Positions 50,951-64,000 of a DNA stretch of 64,000 nt are shown here, in pieces. The notes beneath the pieces were generated by a model, which saw only the letters and a list, made by a program, of their open reading frames with translations, was not told where the DNA came from and made no database searches. This stretch comes from Callorhinchus milii (lineage: Eukaryota), in the NCBI RefSeq assembly GCF_018977255.1, contig NW_024704742.1, positions 80,786,001 to 80,850,000 on the forward strand, given 5' to 3'. The position numbers and the translations under genes were made by a program. Positions within the stretch are counted from its first letter, which is position 1. Each line of letters opens with the position of its first letter.

Positions 50951-51077
50951 AGCTTCTCACTTGGGAAGTTCTATTTCATCCTTATAATGGAACACCTGGT
51001 TTACAGTTCACATTATACTTTGCATTTTCCTAATTTACACCTATGACTTAATTGATGTTGAATCTGTGCTAGTTCCA

Positions 51078-51470
51078 TGTGCCAGCTGGGCTGGGTCATA
51101 GCCTTCTCATCTCTAAGTCAGAAGATTAGATTTCGTTCCAGGACTGGATTATGAGTTCACAGTCTAGGCTGACATTGCTGTCTGGTACTGAGGGAGTGCC
51201 GCCAGCACATTGTCAGAAGTGATGTCTTTTGGATGAAATGTTCAATTGTATTCTTTTCTGCCTCTTCAGGTGGACATGAAAAATCCATTGACACAATTTA
51301 AAAAGAGAAGCGAATTTCTCTCCAGTATCCAGGCCAATATTTTTTCTGATAACCTTTGTGGCTGTTGATGGGACTTTGTAATGTGTAAATTGGCTGTCAC
51401 TTTTGCCTACAAATACAGGCAGGCATTGTACTTAACAGCAATTAATCTGTGAAGCACTTGGAGACACTTC
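51078..51470 (+). mobile_element. SacSINE1-like Deu-domain SINE
   Basis: ctctaagtcagaag...tctaggctgaca...gtactgagggagtgc...gtctttttggatgaaatg...tcaggtggacatgaaaaatcc...ccaggccaatatt...aaattggctg. Confidence 0.75.
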
Positions 51471-51816
51471 AACAGTTATTGCAGTCAGTTTGCAGAAGAC
51501 AGATTCTGCTCGCTATATGTCAGAGAAGTAATTTTATATTGTGTTGCTTTAAGAGTACAAATTGAAGTATGAGTAGAGAATTTTTGTCTGTATGCCGTGG
51601 ATACATGAGCTCCAGGGAAATCGAAAAATATGCAGAAGAAAAAATTAAGCCTTTTTTGACGAATTCTTGTGAAGTACTTTCAACCCAAAGCTTACAACAT
51701 CACAGAAGGGTAATGTGTAAACTGAAATTAAATGGATACAATTATCTGCTGTTGACATTCTCTTTCATTTTGCAACACAGAGACTGTAGCACTATTGTTT
51801 TTAGTATTTTAATGTA

Positions 51817-52380
51817 ACAAACAACAACAACAAAATTACATTTGTAGAGCGCCTTTCACGTCGGGAGGATGTGCCAAGGCGCTGGACAGTCAGGGGTTAG
51901 GACCCAAGCATGGGGGAGGGGTGAGTTAGGGGTGAGGGAAGGCAGAGAGGTGGGAGGACGACTGAAGGCACAATCAAAAAGAAGGGTCTTGAGACCGGCC
52001 TTGAAGGAGGCAAGGGAGGAAGCGAGATGAAGGGAGTGTGGGATGGAGTTCCAGACTGTGGGGGCAGAGAGGCTGAAAGCTCGGCCACCAATGGTAGGGC
52101 CGGTCGGACGGGAGACATGGAGCAGGCCGGAGCCCGCTGAAAAGAGGGAGCGGGCAGGTTGGTAGGGAGTCAGCAGGTCAGAGAGGTAGGAGAGGGCAAG
52201 GCCATGGATGGCCTTGAAAGTGAGGACGAGGATCTTGAATTCGATCCTCTGAGGGATGGGGAGCCAGTGGAGGCGGGCGAGGGTGGGAGTGATGGGGTCA
52301 CGGAGGCTGGTACGCGAGAGTACACAAGCTACAGAGTTTGGGATGATCTGCAGCTTGTGAAGGGAAGAGTTGGGAAGGCC
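51817..52380 (-). mobile_element. L2 LINE 3' end, relatively young (CpGs retained)
   Basis: Tail caacaacaacaaaattacatttgtagagcgcctttcacgtcgggaggatg, plus the reverse complement of the LHWLP and GGRAFS coding segments. Confidence 0.9.
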
Positions 52381-53655
52381 ATGTCAAATTCAATATAATT
52401 TGTATAGTACAATACCTCTATTCGAATACAATTAATAAATAGTCTTTATATTTGATATGGGGCCATTTACACTGGAGACTTTCTCAAATCACTTGATGTT
52501 TGCAAAATAATGCACAACAAACAGCCATGAAGTGAAAGATCAACTTTATCTAGGGAATTGCTGGCCAGGATACAGAGAGAAATTCCCTTCTCTTTCCGAA
52601 CAGTGCCATGGAATTTTTCACGTCCACCTGAACTCTGAAGGGACTGGCAACAGCTATCTCATATGTTAAGACATGTGATCAATTAAACAAAAGTAGATTG
52701 TAAAGGTATCATCACAATCTTGAAGCTTTTGTAGATGGAGAGAAATGATTAACAATAAGGATAAACAAAATATGTATGAAATAATTTTGATGCTGCATGA
52801 AATTGCAGCGTGGCTACCATTGCCACTTATCCTGGTGATTCAATCAAAAATCATTGTGAGCTCTGTAAACAAATCTCTTGAACCGCCTGTTAACACAGAC
52901 TGGATGTTAAGTAAGAAGAACTGACTTTAAATTGCTAGGTATTTTTTTTAAAATGACTGGTTGAAAAACACATTTCAGTTTGGATTGAATCCAATTTAAT
53001 TGCATTTCTCTTTTTTTCCTTCCACTTGTTTAGACAGCAAAGCAGTGTTTTTCAACACACCTGTTACCCTATAGTTTATTAACTGAAACAAATATTGGCA
53101 GGTTGCAAGTTGTAATTTCAAACTCACTTAAAGTTAATGACACAGCCACGAAAATCAAATCAATGGGCGGTAGAGGGTAACGGTGTCTCTTCAATTTTAT
53201 CCAAGTTTGCAGTTTGCATTGATCCAGCTTTATTTAGGAAATCAGATTCAAGCACATTTGCACTTTTTATAATTGTTTTCTAAATGCAGGTATTTAATCT
53301 TTCTCCCTGTAGCATAGAAACTTCAAAACATTTTTTTGTCAACACCTTTTTGGTGTCGTCTAAACTGTATTACACCTGCTTTGTGCAATGGCACAGACAA
53401 TATAAAGAAATTAGAAAAGTAGAAGTAACAATATGAAGATGTTAGAAGCCTATTTAGGACTCCAATACAGTACTTACTTCATACACCACATATATGAGAC
53501 CTAAAATTCCATCTAATCTCAGTCCATTTATACCATTTTGTTCTAAAACCTATGTTTGTACAGAAATGAGAAAATTTCTTGAATTCATTCTCAATTTTGG
53601 AAACCAATTTCCGTGCAGTTCTTCAGAAGTAAATTGAAGACTTTTTCATAAGCGT

Positions 53656-53973
53656 GCAGTCCTGTAGCTCAGTGGTTAGAGCACTCGCTTTGCAAGCGAG
53701 AGACCTGAGTTCAATTCCAGGCAGGGCGAAACCTTGGGCAAGTTTCCTTACTCCACACGCCTAATAATAATCCCTCCAAAAACCAAAAACAATAATAAAT
53801 TGGTCATTTTCAATCTACGACTGTTTGTGGGACATTGCTGTGCGCAATTGGCTGCCGTGTTCGCCCACAAATATACAGTCAATTCACATTACAATGTGTT
53901 CTGTGAAGCGTTTTGGGACGTCCTCCCGACGTGAAAAGCGCTATATCAAATGCAAGGATTATTATTATTATTA
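53656..53973 (+). mobile_element. Full-length young tRNA-Ala(TGC)-derived SINE
   Basis: Nearly identical to the copy at 46981-47290, with intact A and B boxes and an (ATT)n tail. It ends ~225 bp upstream of the exon-3 acceptor. Confidence 0.92.
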
Positions 53974-54182
53974 TAAATTTACACATCCTTAAGGTTGAAC
54001 AAAAATGGTCTTAATTGACTAAAATTAAGTGGAATTTCAGGTCAGTGAGGTGCTGAAATAAAGTAATTTGGTAGGGAGTAACATGCAAATCAAATTACTG
54101 TCTAGTTGCATGAAAGCTGATTTCTGAGCAGATTTGGGTAGTTTGCAAACCACTTTGGAAAAGCAAGGACTAAACCAAATAA

Positions 54183-55310
<1,128 letters not shown>

Positions 55311-56704
55311 TAGATACAATAATGGTAGCAAGCAGGTTTCAGAAAAGAAAGTATTGATCAGTTATCAACCTCTGGGAGACCAGCAAACAGCTGGGAGTCG
55401 ATCAGATCTCCATCTCATTGTTCCTGACAGAACTATCTATTTTTATGACTGAATTGTTGCTGTGTAAAGCCCAGACCAATTAATTAATGGATACACACTG
55501 TGTGTTTAAAGGTCATAGGCCTGATACTGCAGGGCATGTTTACCAGCAGTGTTCAAACCACCAGATGTCCATATGATGGATTTCAACTCAAATATTTTCA
55601 TCCAAGTTTGTTTTCCAATTCTCCTTATCAGGAGGCACATTCCTGGTAAACAATGTTCAGTTATTTCAATTCTTTCCTTAAAGTGTGATGTTTGTTGCAC
55701 TATTCTACAACCCAAAAAACATTTTCATTTACACATTCCAAAGGAGTATTTGGTGTTTATAATAGGAGGCGTTGGATTTTTCTGCCTGAAATAACAATTG
55801 GGGAGCATCACAATCATCATCACTCCAACATCACTCTTTGTCACAGAATATTAGACACATAAACAGATCCATAGAAAGGACAGAATAGAAAACATCCTAG
55901 AGGATGAGTCCATTCTTGAGATAATTCCCACAGTCTACCCCACCTAAAATTCCAACTACTTCTCTCCTGTTAACAGAGAAACATAGAAACTATATAGAGT
56001 ATACATCATAGAGCATACATCCGCCATTTTATACAATTATGGCTGATCTGTACCTCAAGTACAGTTACCCACCCTTGCCCCAAAACTCCTAGTACTCTAA
56101 CCTAACAAATATATATCTCCGTCTTGAAAGAGTTATCAGCCACGAAGTTCTTCCAGCTTCTAGGGAACAACCAGAGAGAACCCCCCAAAAACCAAAGCCA
56201 ATTCCAGGGAAAAGGTCACTAAAAATTTCTCCCAGATTCCCAATGGCAGTTGAGTGAGCTCCAAGGGAGGGCTATCAAGAGCCTATCCGACAAACCCTAC
56301 CATACCACAATTAGTAATGTCAGCTTGCCATAGTTAGGCTGGTTTATCAGTAGTTGACAATCTGGTCTACCTTGCAAAATCTGTCCGGACTGCTCTCGAA
56401 TGAGTGAATGCTATTTGCACAGACACTGTCAAATTGAAAGCTCTTCCAGATCATCACCACCTGTGTGATGAGGTGCTTCACCACGTCCATCCAGAAGTGA
56501 CTTCTCTCCAGCTTGATGATGTGACCTTGAGTTCTGGGTCACATAATGATGTAGATCTTGCCACCTGCCCAAATATCGATTCCTTGAAAGATCTTCAAGA
56601 ACTCGCAAAGATTGCTCCTAACTTTTCTCTGCTGCAGCGTGAATAGCTTCCCATCCCTAACCTTTTCACTGTAGCAACACCCTCTGAAGAATGGAATCAG
56701 GATG

Positions 56705-56832
56705 TCGGACTTCCTTGCGTTTCGGCCACAAAATATACAGTCAATTCACTTTACAATATATTCTGTGAAGCACTTTGAGACGTCTCTAAGATGCTATATA
56801 TATCAAATACAAGAATTATTATTGTTATTATT
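56705..56832 (+). mobile_element. SINE 3' fragment
   Basis: ccacaaaatatacagtcaattcactttacaatatattctgtgaagcactttgagacgtctc...caaatacaagaattattatt. Confidence 0.75.
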
Positions 56833-57873
56833 CCTTAGCACTTGGTCCAATATTTCAATATTCCTCACCAGATGTGGTGCCCAGAGTGGACACAGTACTA
56901 ATAACCTGTACAGAACACAGTACAGAATAACCTCCTTTGATTTGCATTATACTGTCTGTGTTGTACATCCGTGCTTTTGGTTGGTCCAGTCACAATTTAG
57001 GCTTCATGGTGTGATCAATGATCTCACTTCTTTCATGGTCAACCAATTTGAGAGGAATCCCATCCAACAAGTCTTCAAATTGAAGATTTTGTCCCGACAA
57101 TGTATCACATTATACTTCTCTACAGAATATTGTATTTTGTTCATCTGAATACAGGTGAAAGCTTTCAAAGCTTTTAAATGTATTGTGATGATTGTTCAGT
57201 TATACAGAGAGGAGTGTGTTGTGTTTGAATCTTGGAAATAATTAGAAATCACATTGTATAAAAATCTCCTACATGTACATACGCTGATGCAACGTGTTCC
57301 GGATCGTGTTCTTCCAACAAAAATGATGTTTTTGTGACCTTAAATCAATTCTTTGAATTGCTCAGTGTCTGCAATGTCTGGAAATTTGACAATTCAATTG
57401 TATTTTACTAGGTTTTCATCCGTTCTTCCTGATATATTCAACTTTCACGTACAACTTGAATATTGCTATAATCCATATGTCAAACACCAGTTCATTTTTA
57501 ACAATACTAAAGAGCTGGTTGTCTCAACCACTTTGATTTGATGCAAACTATGGAGTACAATTCCATTATTGTCCCTGTTCTTTTCTAGCTCTGCCTGCTT
57601 TTTATTATTTTTGGTTCTTCGCATTTCATTACTTCCTCTTCTGCCGTTAGCTTCTTTGCTTCTTTTACTTTCTTTAGTCTAAGCTCCAATCTTTTATTTC
57701 ACTCATTTCCTGAAGCTTAATTCCCCAAATAATGAAATAGTTATAATTAAAGTGAGTTCATTCCACACATTGATCACTTTAACTCTCTCTGTCCTTTTGA
57801 TACCATCATGCCCTTATGTCTAGTCCCTCCCATATAATTGACATCCATCATCTGGGTCTTGCTCTTACAGAGG

Positions 57874-59330
57874 CAACAACATCAACAACAACAACAACAA
57901 ATTACATCTGTATAGCGTCTTTCACATTGAGCAGACATCCCAAGGTGCTGGACAATCAGTGCTTTGGGCCCAAGATGGAGATTAGGATCGGGGAGTATGG
58001 AGAACAGGGGTGGAAAGAGCGTGACCAAAGGCACAGTTGAAGAGGAGGATCTTGAGATGGGTCTTGAAGGATTCAAGGGATGGGGAGGAGGCGGAGGTAC
58101 TGCGGGATGGAATTCCAAAGTGTGGGGGCAGCGAGGCTGAAGACTTGCCCACCAGTAGTGGGGTGGGCAAGGTAGGGGACGTAAAGCATGCCAGAGCCTG
58201 CAGAGCAGAGGAAGCGGTCAATTTGGTAGGGGGTTAAGAGGTTGCAGATGCAGTGGGGAAGGCCATGGAGTGCTTTGAAGGTGATGATCAGGATCTTGAA
58301 CTGTATCTTCTGTGTGATGGGAAGCCAACGGAGTCAGGCGAGGATGGGGGTGATATGGTTGTGGAGCCTAGCGCGGGAGAGGACATGGGTTGTAGAGTTC
58401 TGGATGATCTGCAGCCTATGGAGGGAGGAGTTGGGGAAGCTGACAAGCAGGGAGTTTGTTGAGTTGAGTCTGGATGTTATGAATGCATGTATGAGGATCC
58501 CAGAAGCCCGCAGTCTGAGATAGCGGTAGAATCGAACGATGTTGCAAAGTGGGGAAAGGCATAGCGAGTCATGGCACGGATATGGGGGATGAAGGACAGT
58601 TGATGGTCGCTCAGCACGCTGAGGTTTCGTATTGGCTCCATGAGATGTAGAGTGTATCCATGTTGTCAGCACCCAAGGTATGGAGGCGCTGACAGGAGCC
58701 AAGCAGGAGGATCTCAGCCTTGTTGATATTCAACTGCAGGAAGTTAGCTCATCCACGACTTGATGTCCAACAGGCAGTCTGTGATCCTGGCATCGAGGTT
58801 GGAGGCAGAGAGATAGAGTTGGCTGTCATCCGCATACATGTGGAAGTTGACCCCATGTCTGCGGATGATGTCACCAAGGGGGAGCATGTAGATATTAAAG
58901 AGGAGAGGCCAAGGACAGGGCCCTGAGGGATGCAACTCGTGACAGTGCGGAGGTTGGAGGAGAAGCCAATACTGGCGACAAACTGGAAATGGTGGGAGAT
59001 GTAGGATTTGAACCAGACTAGGGTATCTATGCAAAGATTGAGCTGAGAGGCGAGGCGGTGTAGGAGGACAGCGTGGTCGACAATGTTGAAAGCAACATGG
59101 AGGTCCACGAGAACAAAGAGGCAGAGAGAGCTCTGGTCAAAGATGTTCAGAATGTCATTGGTGACTTTGACCAGGGCTGTTTCCATGCTATGGGCAGCAT
59201 GGAAACCCGATTGGAGGGGTTCAGAGAGGGAATGGCAGGAGAGGAAAGAGCAAAGCAGGGACGCGACAACTCATTCCTGGGCCTTGGAGATGACTGGGAG
59301 GTTGGAGCTGGGGCGTTAGCTGGAGACAAT
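57874..59330 (-). mobile_element. L2 LINE, 5'-truncated (RT to 3' tail)
   Basis: METALVKVTNDIL...AFNIVDH, PQGPVLG, HMYADDSQLY, LIHAFITSRLNSTNSLL, and a (CAA)n tail at ~57874-57900. Confidence 0.92.
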
Positions 59331-59852
59331 GGTTGGAAGATGAAAAGATTAATTGAGAACAGGTTTGATTAAAATAAACAAGGAGGCAGAGAGGAGAACG
59401 GATAAGGATTTTGCTTCTTCTTGTTGATGCTCTGCACATTTACTAAATTTCATACCTTTACTATTCTGCACCTTTCCCAGCAATTTTAGCATTGACTCGT
59501 CTGTATATTAAAAAATTATATTGTAGCAGACATCTCGACACAGTAAAGCCAGGAGTATGATGTGTTGGAAAGCCTTTCTGGAAACATGTCACATACCAGT
59601 TTATAATAACTTAGTTGTAATTCAAGGATCAGCATGAATCAGGCACTGAACTGCAATTTTAACTTGTTATTATAATAATGAGGTCTAAATTTTCACATCA
59701 CAATATTTTTGGTTATTTTCTCCCTTTTTCATTTTTTTTCATTCTATTCATTCTATACTCATTGTATTGCTCGAAAAGATACAGTTTAAAATTTGACAAA
59801 AGGTCTTTCAGTTCAGTATTAATAAGATAATACAACTGCAATTTGCACTTAT

Positions 59853-60290
59853 TAATAATAATAATAATTCTTGCATTTAATACATCCTTTAATGTTGGGA
59901 GGATTTCCCTAAAGTGCCTTGCAGAACAAATTGTAAAGTGGAGTGACTGTATGTTTTGTGGGCAAACGCGGCAGCCAATTGTGCACCCAGAGATGTTCCA
60001 CAAACAACCATGACCAATTTTATTGGGAGATTGTTGGCAAGGACACTGGGAGAAACTTCCTTCTCTTTTTGAGCAATGCCATGGAATCTTTAATGTCAGC
60101 TTGAACAAGCAGTCAGGACCTTGGTTTAAGGTCTCATCTGAAGCACAGCACATGCAGCACGCAACACATCCCCAACATTGCATTGAAATGTCAGTTTGGA
60201 CTATAAGAGTTCCAAGTTGTGACATGGGGCTTGAACCTGCAACCTTCTGACTCAGAGGCAAGAATGCTACCAACTGAGACAAGCTAACAC
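59853..60290 (-). mobile_element. Near full-length SacSINE1-like Deu-domain SINE
   Basis: Minus strand: head gtgttagcttgtctcagttggtagcattcttgcctctgagtcagaaggttgcaggttcaagcccc, core cagatgagaccttaaaccaagg...agattccatggcattg...gtgtccttgccaac, and an (ATT)n tail. Confidence 0.85.
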
Positions 60291-60583
60291 ACAATCTGGA
60301 GCCTTTCATGAGATAAACTTCTCAAAGGTCTTTACAAAGTCAGATTGATAGCATGGGCTAAAGTGGAGATGAGTGCAGATGTCCAAAGGTGTAATTTTTG
60401 AAGTAGAAAGTGAAGGAGTAATATGGAGGAAAAGCTCACCCTCTGACCCATCCTTCTGACTCAGAGATGAGAGAGCTATCAATTTCAGCCAGCCTGACAC
60501 CTGCTGGGTTATACTCATGTTAAATAAGAAATATTGCCAATATTACCCTCCATGTTTCTTTTATGTAGATATGTCCTTTTATG

Positions 60584-60955
60584 TGGACTCATGTAGCTCA
60601 GTGGTTAGAACACTCCCCTTGCAAGCGAGAGACCTGGGTTCGATTCCAGGCAGGACGAAATGTTTGGCAAGTTTGCTTACTCCGCATGGCTCTGTTTACC
60701 TAGCAGTAAGTAGGAACCCAATTGTTAGTCGATTGGTGGATCACTTTTCTGGAGGTAATAATTCCTTCAAAAAAATAATAAATTGCACACTTCAATCCAT
60801 GACTGTTTGTGGGACACTGCTGTGCGCAATTGGCTGCTGCGTTTTTCCCACAAAAATACAGTCAATTCACTTTACAGTATATTCTGTGAAGCACTTTGAG
60901 ACGTCTCAAAGACGTGATAAGATGCTATATCAAATGCAAGGATTATTATTATTAT
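60584..60955 (+). mobile_element. Full-length tRNA-derived SINE, long-middle variant
   Basis: A box TAGCTCAGTGG, B box GGGTTCGATTCC, the middle segment ggctctgtttacctagcagtaagtaggaaccc..., the family body and an (ATT)n tail. Confidence 0.9.
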
Positions 60956-61847
60956 ATGTAGAAAGAAACCTGCATGGTGCTGGTAGATTCTGTTATTTAA
61001 ATTTATTACCACCCATGTTTAGACAGAACCCCTCCATAATTTTAACAAGAGGGAGTCTTTTTTCTCAGCTGTCTGAATGTTTGTATAGGTACACACATTT
61101 TTGATTCCATCTAACGTGTTTTATTTTTATAAATAGTTTCCCAAAAAATTAAGCCCATGGCTTCCTAAAAGTATCTACTGTGTCTTCTGCTTATATATAA
61201 CACTGCCAGAAGCTGGAAATCATTTCCCAAGGGAATTGTGTGCAGCTTTCTCCACGTTGTCAGCCTGCTTACATTTGCTCAGGAAGAAGCCACCAATTTG
61301 CAAGAGCAGCGATGAACTCAAGTTAACTCCCTGCTTTGTAGGTTCAAAGTGATGGGCTCATCATCCAGATGTTTTGAGGAGATTCTTACAAAAATTATAC
61401 AATGACAAGTGTTGAAGCATTAGCATCATCCGATAGCTTGCAAGCCAAAAAGAGAAAGTCAGATGTGGAGGACGAAAGTTTTTGGGCCACAGTCTTAGGT
61501 TTTAAAACTACATTATGATAGAACAATATTTTATTATTGGAATAATGATCCTTGCATGTGATACAGCACTTTTCACATTGGGAGGATGTCTCAAAGCCTT
61601 TCAGAAGATAATGCCTTAAAAGCAGTATGACCTTAAAAGGTCAGTACATTCATTACATATTTTCTTTTTCTCTGAAAATTTAGATATTGTCAAATACTAT
61701 CACTTCTTAAATCACAAACTCCTCCAACCTATTCCCTTTACAATCAAAATCTTATCCAGTTCTCTCTTTAAAATACCTGGATCATCCACCTCCACTGCCT
61801 CCTGAGTCAAACTGTTCCACATTGGAAACAGTCTCTACAGTAGTCAT

Positions 61848-62990
61848 CAACAACAATAAATTACATTTGTATAGCACTATTCACATCAGGGGGACTTTCC
61901 AAGTCGCTGGACAGTCAGGAATTTGGATGCAAGCAGGGTATGGGATCGGAGAGGTGGAGGGCAGGTTTGGCAGGAGTAGGAAGATGGCCAAAGGCGCAGT
62001 TGAAGGGAAGGTATTGGAGGAGGAGATGTGCCTTGAAGGAGGCAAGGAAGGAGCAAGCTAAAGGGCTATCGGGTAGAGTTCCAAAGGTGGGGCAGAGAGA
62101 TTGAAGTGGAGATGGTGAGGTGGGCTTGGCGGGGGATGTGGAGCAGATTGATGTGGGTTAGCATGTTATAGGGGCAGGAAGGAGCAAGGCTGTGAAGAGC
62201 TTTGACGATTTGGAACTCTGTCCTCTGCTGGGATGGGGATCCAGTGGAGCCGGACGAGGATGGGGGTGATAGGGTCACGGAGCCTGGTGAGAGGGAGAAC
62301 ACAAGCTGCTGGGTTCCGGATAATCTGTAGCTTATGGAGGGAATAGTTGGGAAGCCGACAATCAGGGAGTTGACACAGTCGAGCCTAGATGTAATAAATG
62401 CGTGGATGAGGGTTTCTGCAGCCTGAGAGCAGAGGAAGTGGCGGAGTCAGGCAATGTTGCGGAGGTGGTGGATGTCAGAGCAGGTCATGGCACACAAGTG
62501 GGGGACACAGGACAGTTGAGGGTCAAACCAGCAGCCAAGGTTCCGGACTGGCTCAGTGAGGTGAAGTGTGCAGCCATGGATGGTGATGTTGTCAACGCCT
62601 GAAGTGTGGAGACACTGATGGAGCCAATCAGGAGGGCCTCGGTCTTGTTGACGTTCAACTGTAGAAAGTTAGCTCTCATCCAGACATTCTTTCAGGACTG
62701 GTCCTTGAGGCGAGGATAGAGGCAGTGAGATAGAGTTGGGTGTCATCCACAAACATATGGAAGTTGACCCCATGTCTGTGGATGATGTCACCAAGAGTGA
62801 GCATGTAGATATTGAAGAGGAGGTGAACAAGGACAGAGCCCTGAGGAATGCTACACGAGATGATGTGGGGGCTGGATGAGAAGCCATTTGTGGAGACAAA
62901 GTGGAGACAGTGTGAAAGATAGGATCTGAACTAGTCAAGGACAGGTCAATGAAGGTTGAGGTGAGAGAAGAGGAAGTGAAGTGAAAGAGG
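61848..62990 (-). mobile_element. L2 LINE, 5'-truncated and internally deleted
   Basis: MRANFLQLNVNKTEALLIGS, a degenerate (Y/F)VDDTQLY segment at ~62735-62760, and a (CAA)n tail at ~61848. Confidence 0.85.
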
Positions 62991-64000
62991 ACAATAACAT
63001 CAAAACTGCCTGAAGCCTGCATCTTCTATGTTTAAGAGGCTGGTTAACACATGGAATGGTTTGCCCAGGGGAGATAGATGGTGCAGGTAGTTTCAAGAGA
63101 GAATTGGACATATTTTCTGATTGCAAAGGGGATGGGGAAGGACGGATTGGTGCAAGTCAGGAAGGAATGGCATTTGCATATAGAGCAGTCAGACTGTTAT
63201 GTTGTTTACTTGTCCTACACATTTCAATTACAACAATCTCTTCAAAGCTCAGCTAGTTTTACTCAGACAGCCAGGAAAAGAAAACCAAAAGTTCTGAATC
63301 TATTCACAGCGAGCAATCTGCCCGACAACTAAAGATAGTCAGTGGTGATCAAAAGAGACGTAAAGCTTTTGGAACCCACTGTTTGACAGGATCTCTCTCG
63401 TGGACACAAAACAAGAAATGCTGTTGGAAATTCACAGCAAGTCATTCCTGAACCCAGGTGCATGCAGGGTCCCACAGCGTCTGTTAGGAGTTGGCAAGTC
63501 TTGTCTGCCTCTGCCAGGGATATTATAGTTTGCTTTGGTCTTTTCCTGCGCTAATGAGCTGTGATTTGTGAAACCAGCCTGTTTCCATTAGCATTCAATA
63601 CCTGTCAGGTTCTGGTGGTGTGTGGCCAGTTATATTAGGATAGAGGTGTGCATGTCAAGAAAAAATAAATTGGGAAGCAGTTTGAAAAAGATTACAGGGT
63701 CTCCTTCACCACAGTCCATCGTTTCAGTTCTTAGGAAGACCCAAAACTTTAACTTGCCTTTATTCTTCAGATGCTGATCAACACATTGTGGATTTCCAGT
63801 ATGTTCTAGTTTTATTTTTCTTTCAATCAGGGATTACCCTTAGCTTGGAAGTCTTGATATTAAAAGATGATAAGCATTTCAATTTTCATCATCAAAGCAA
63901 CTTGTTGTTTCTCCCCAAAGAGAACACATAGGGATTTTGCTTTTTTTTGTCCATGTATTGTAGTTGGTTTGCTTTTTGTTGAATACATTATATTATAACC

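Noticed and set aside
53656-53730. tRNA-Ala(TGC) genes here and at ~46981 and ~60584
   Set aside because: The T-stem is mispaired (CTGAG/CCAGG), there is no poly-T terminator, and each continues into a shared SINE body and tail. They are SINE heads.

Overview
Vertebrate genomic DNA, most likely a cartilaginous fish. This is inferred from SacSINE1-like Deu-domain SINEs, abundant tRNA-Ala-headed SINEs, and L2/CR1 LINEs; a holocephalan (chimaera) is plausible but not proven. The only host gene is GRIN3A (NMDA receptor subunit GluN3A) on the + strand, with coding exons 1-3 at 28487-29034, 45914-46512 and 54200-55241; the gene continues beyond the window. As given, exon 1 is 1 nt short of the phase needed to join exon 2, an apparent frameshift at the GGG at 28949-28951 that is probably a homopolymer consensus error. 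Exon 1 lies in a CpG-rich region bracketed by a GA minisatellite, a (GCCCT/GCCC)n tract, TA/TG tracts and a ~370-bp G-run tract. The rest is intergenic or intronic DNA full of decayed L2 and CR1 LINE pieces and two SINE families. It also holds two closely related solo LTRs with their own 4-bp TSDs on either side of exon 1, a possible ~1.3-kb solo LTR, a 108-bp TA-flanked Tc1/mariner-type MITE, and a 345-N assembly gap. Almost all ORFs in the supplied track outside the GRIN3A exons are repeat-derived or spurious. I found no convincing evidence of a novel multi-gene system; the best leads are the exon-1 frameshift, the LTR and MITE elements, and the repeat architecture around the promoter. Repeat boundaries were read by eye and are approximate unless a TSD is quoted.
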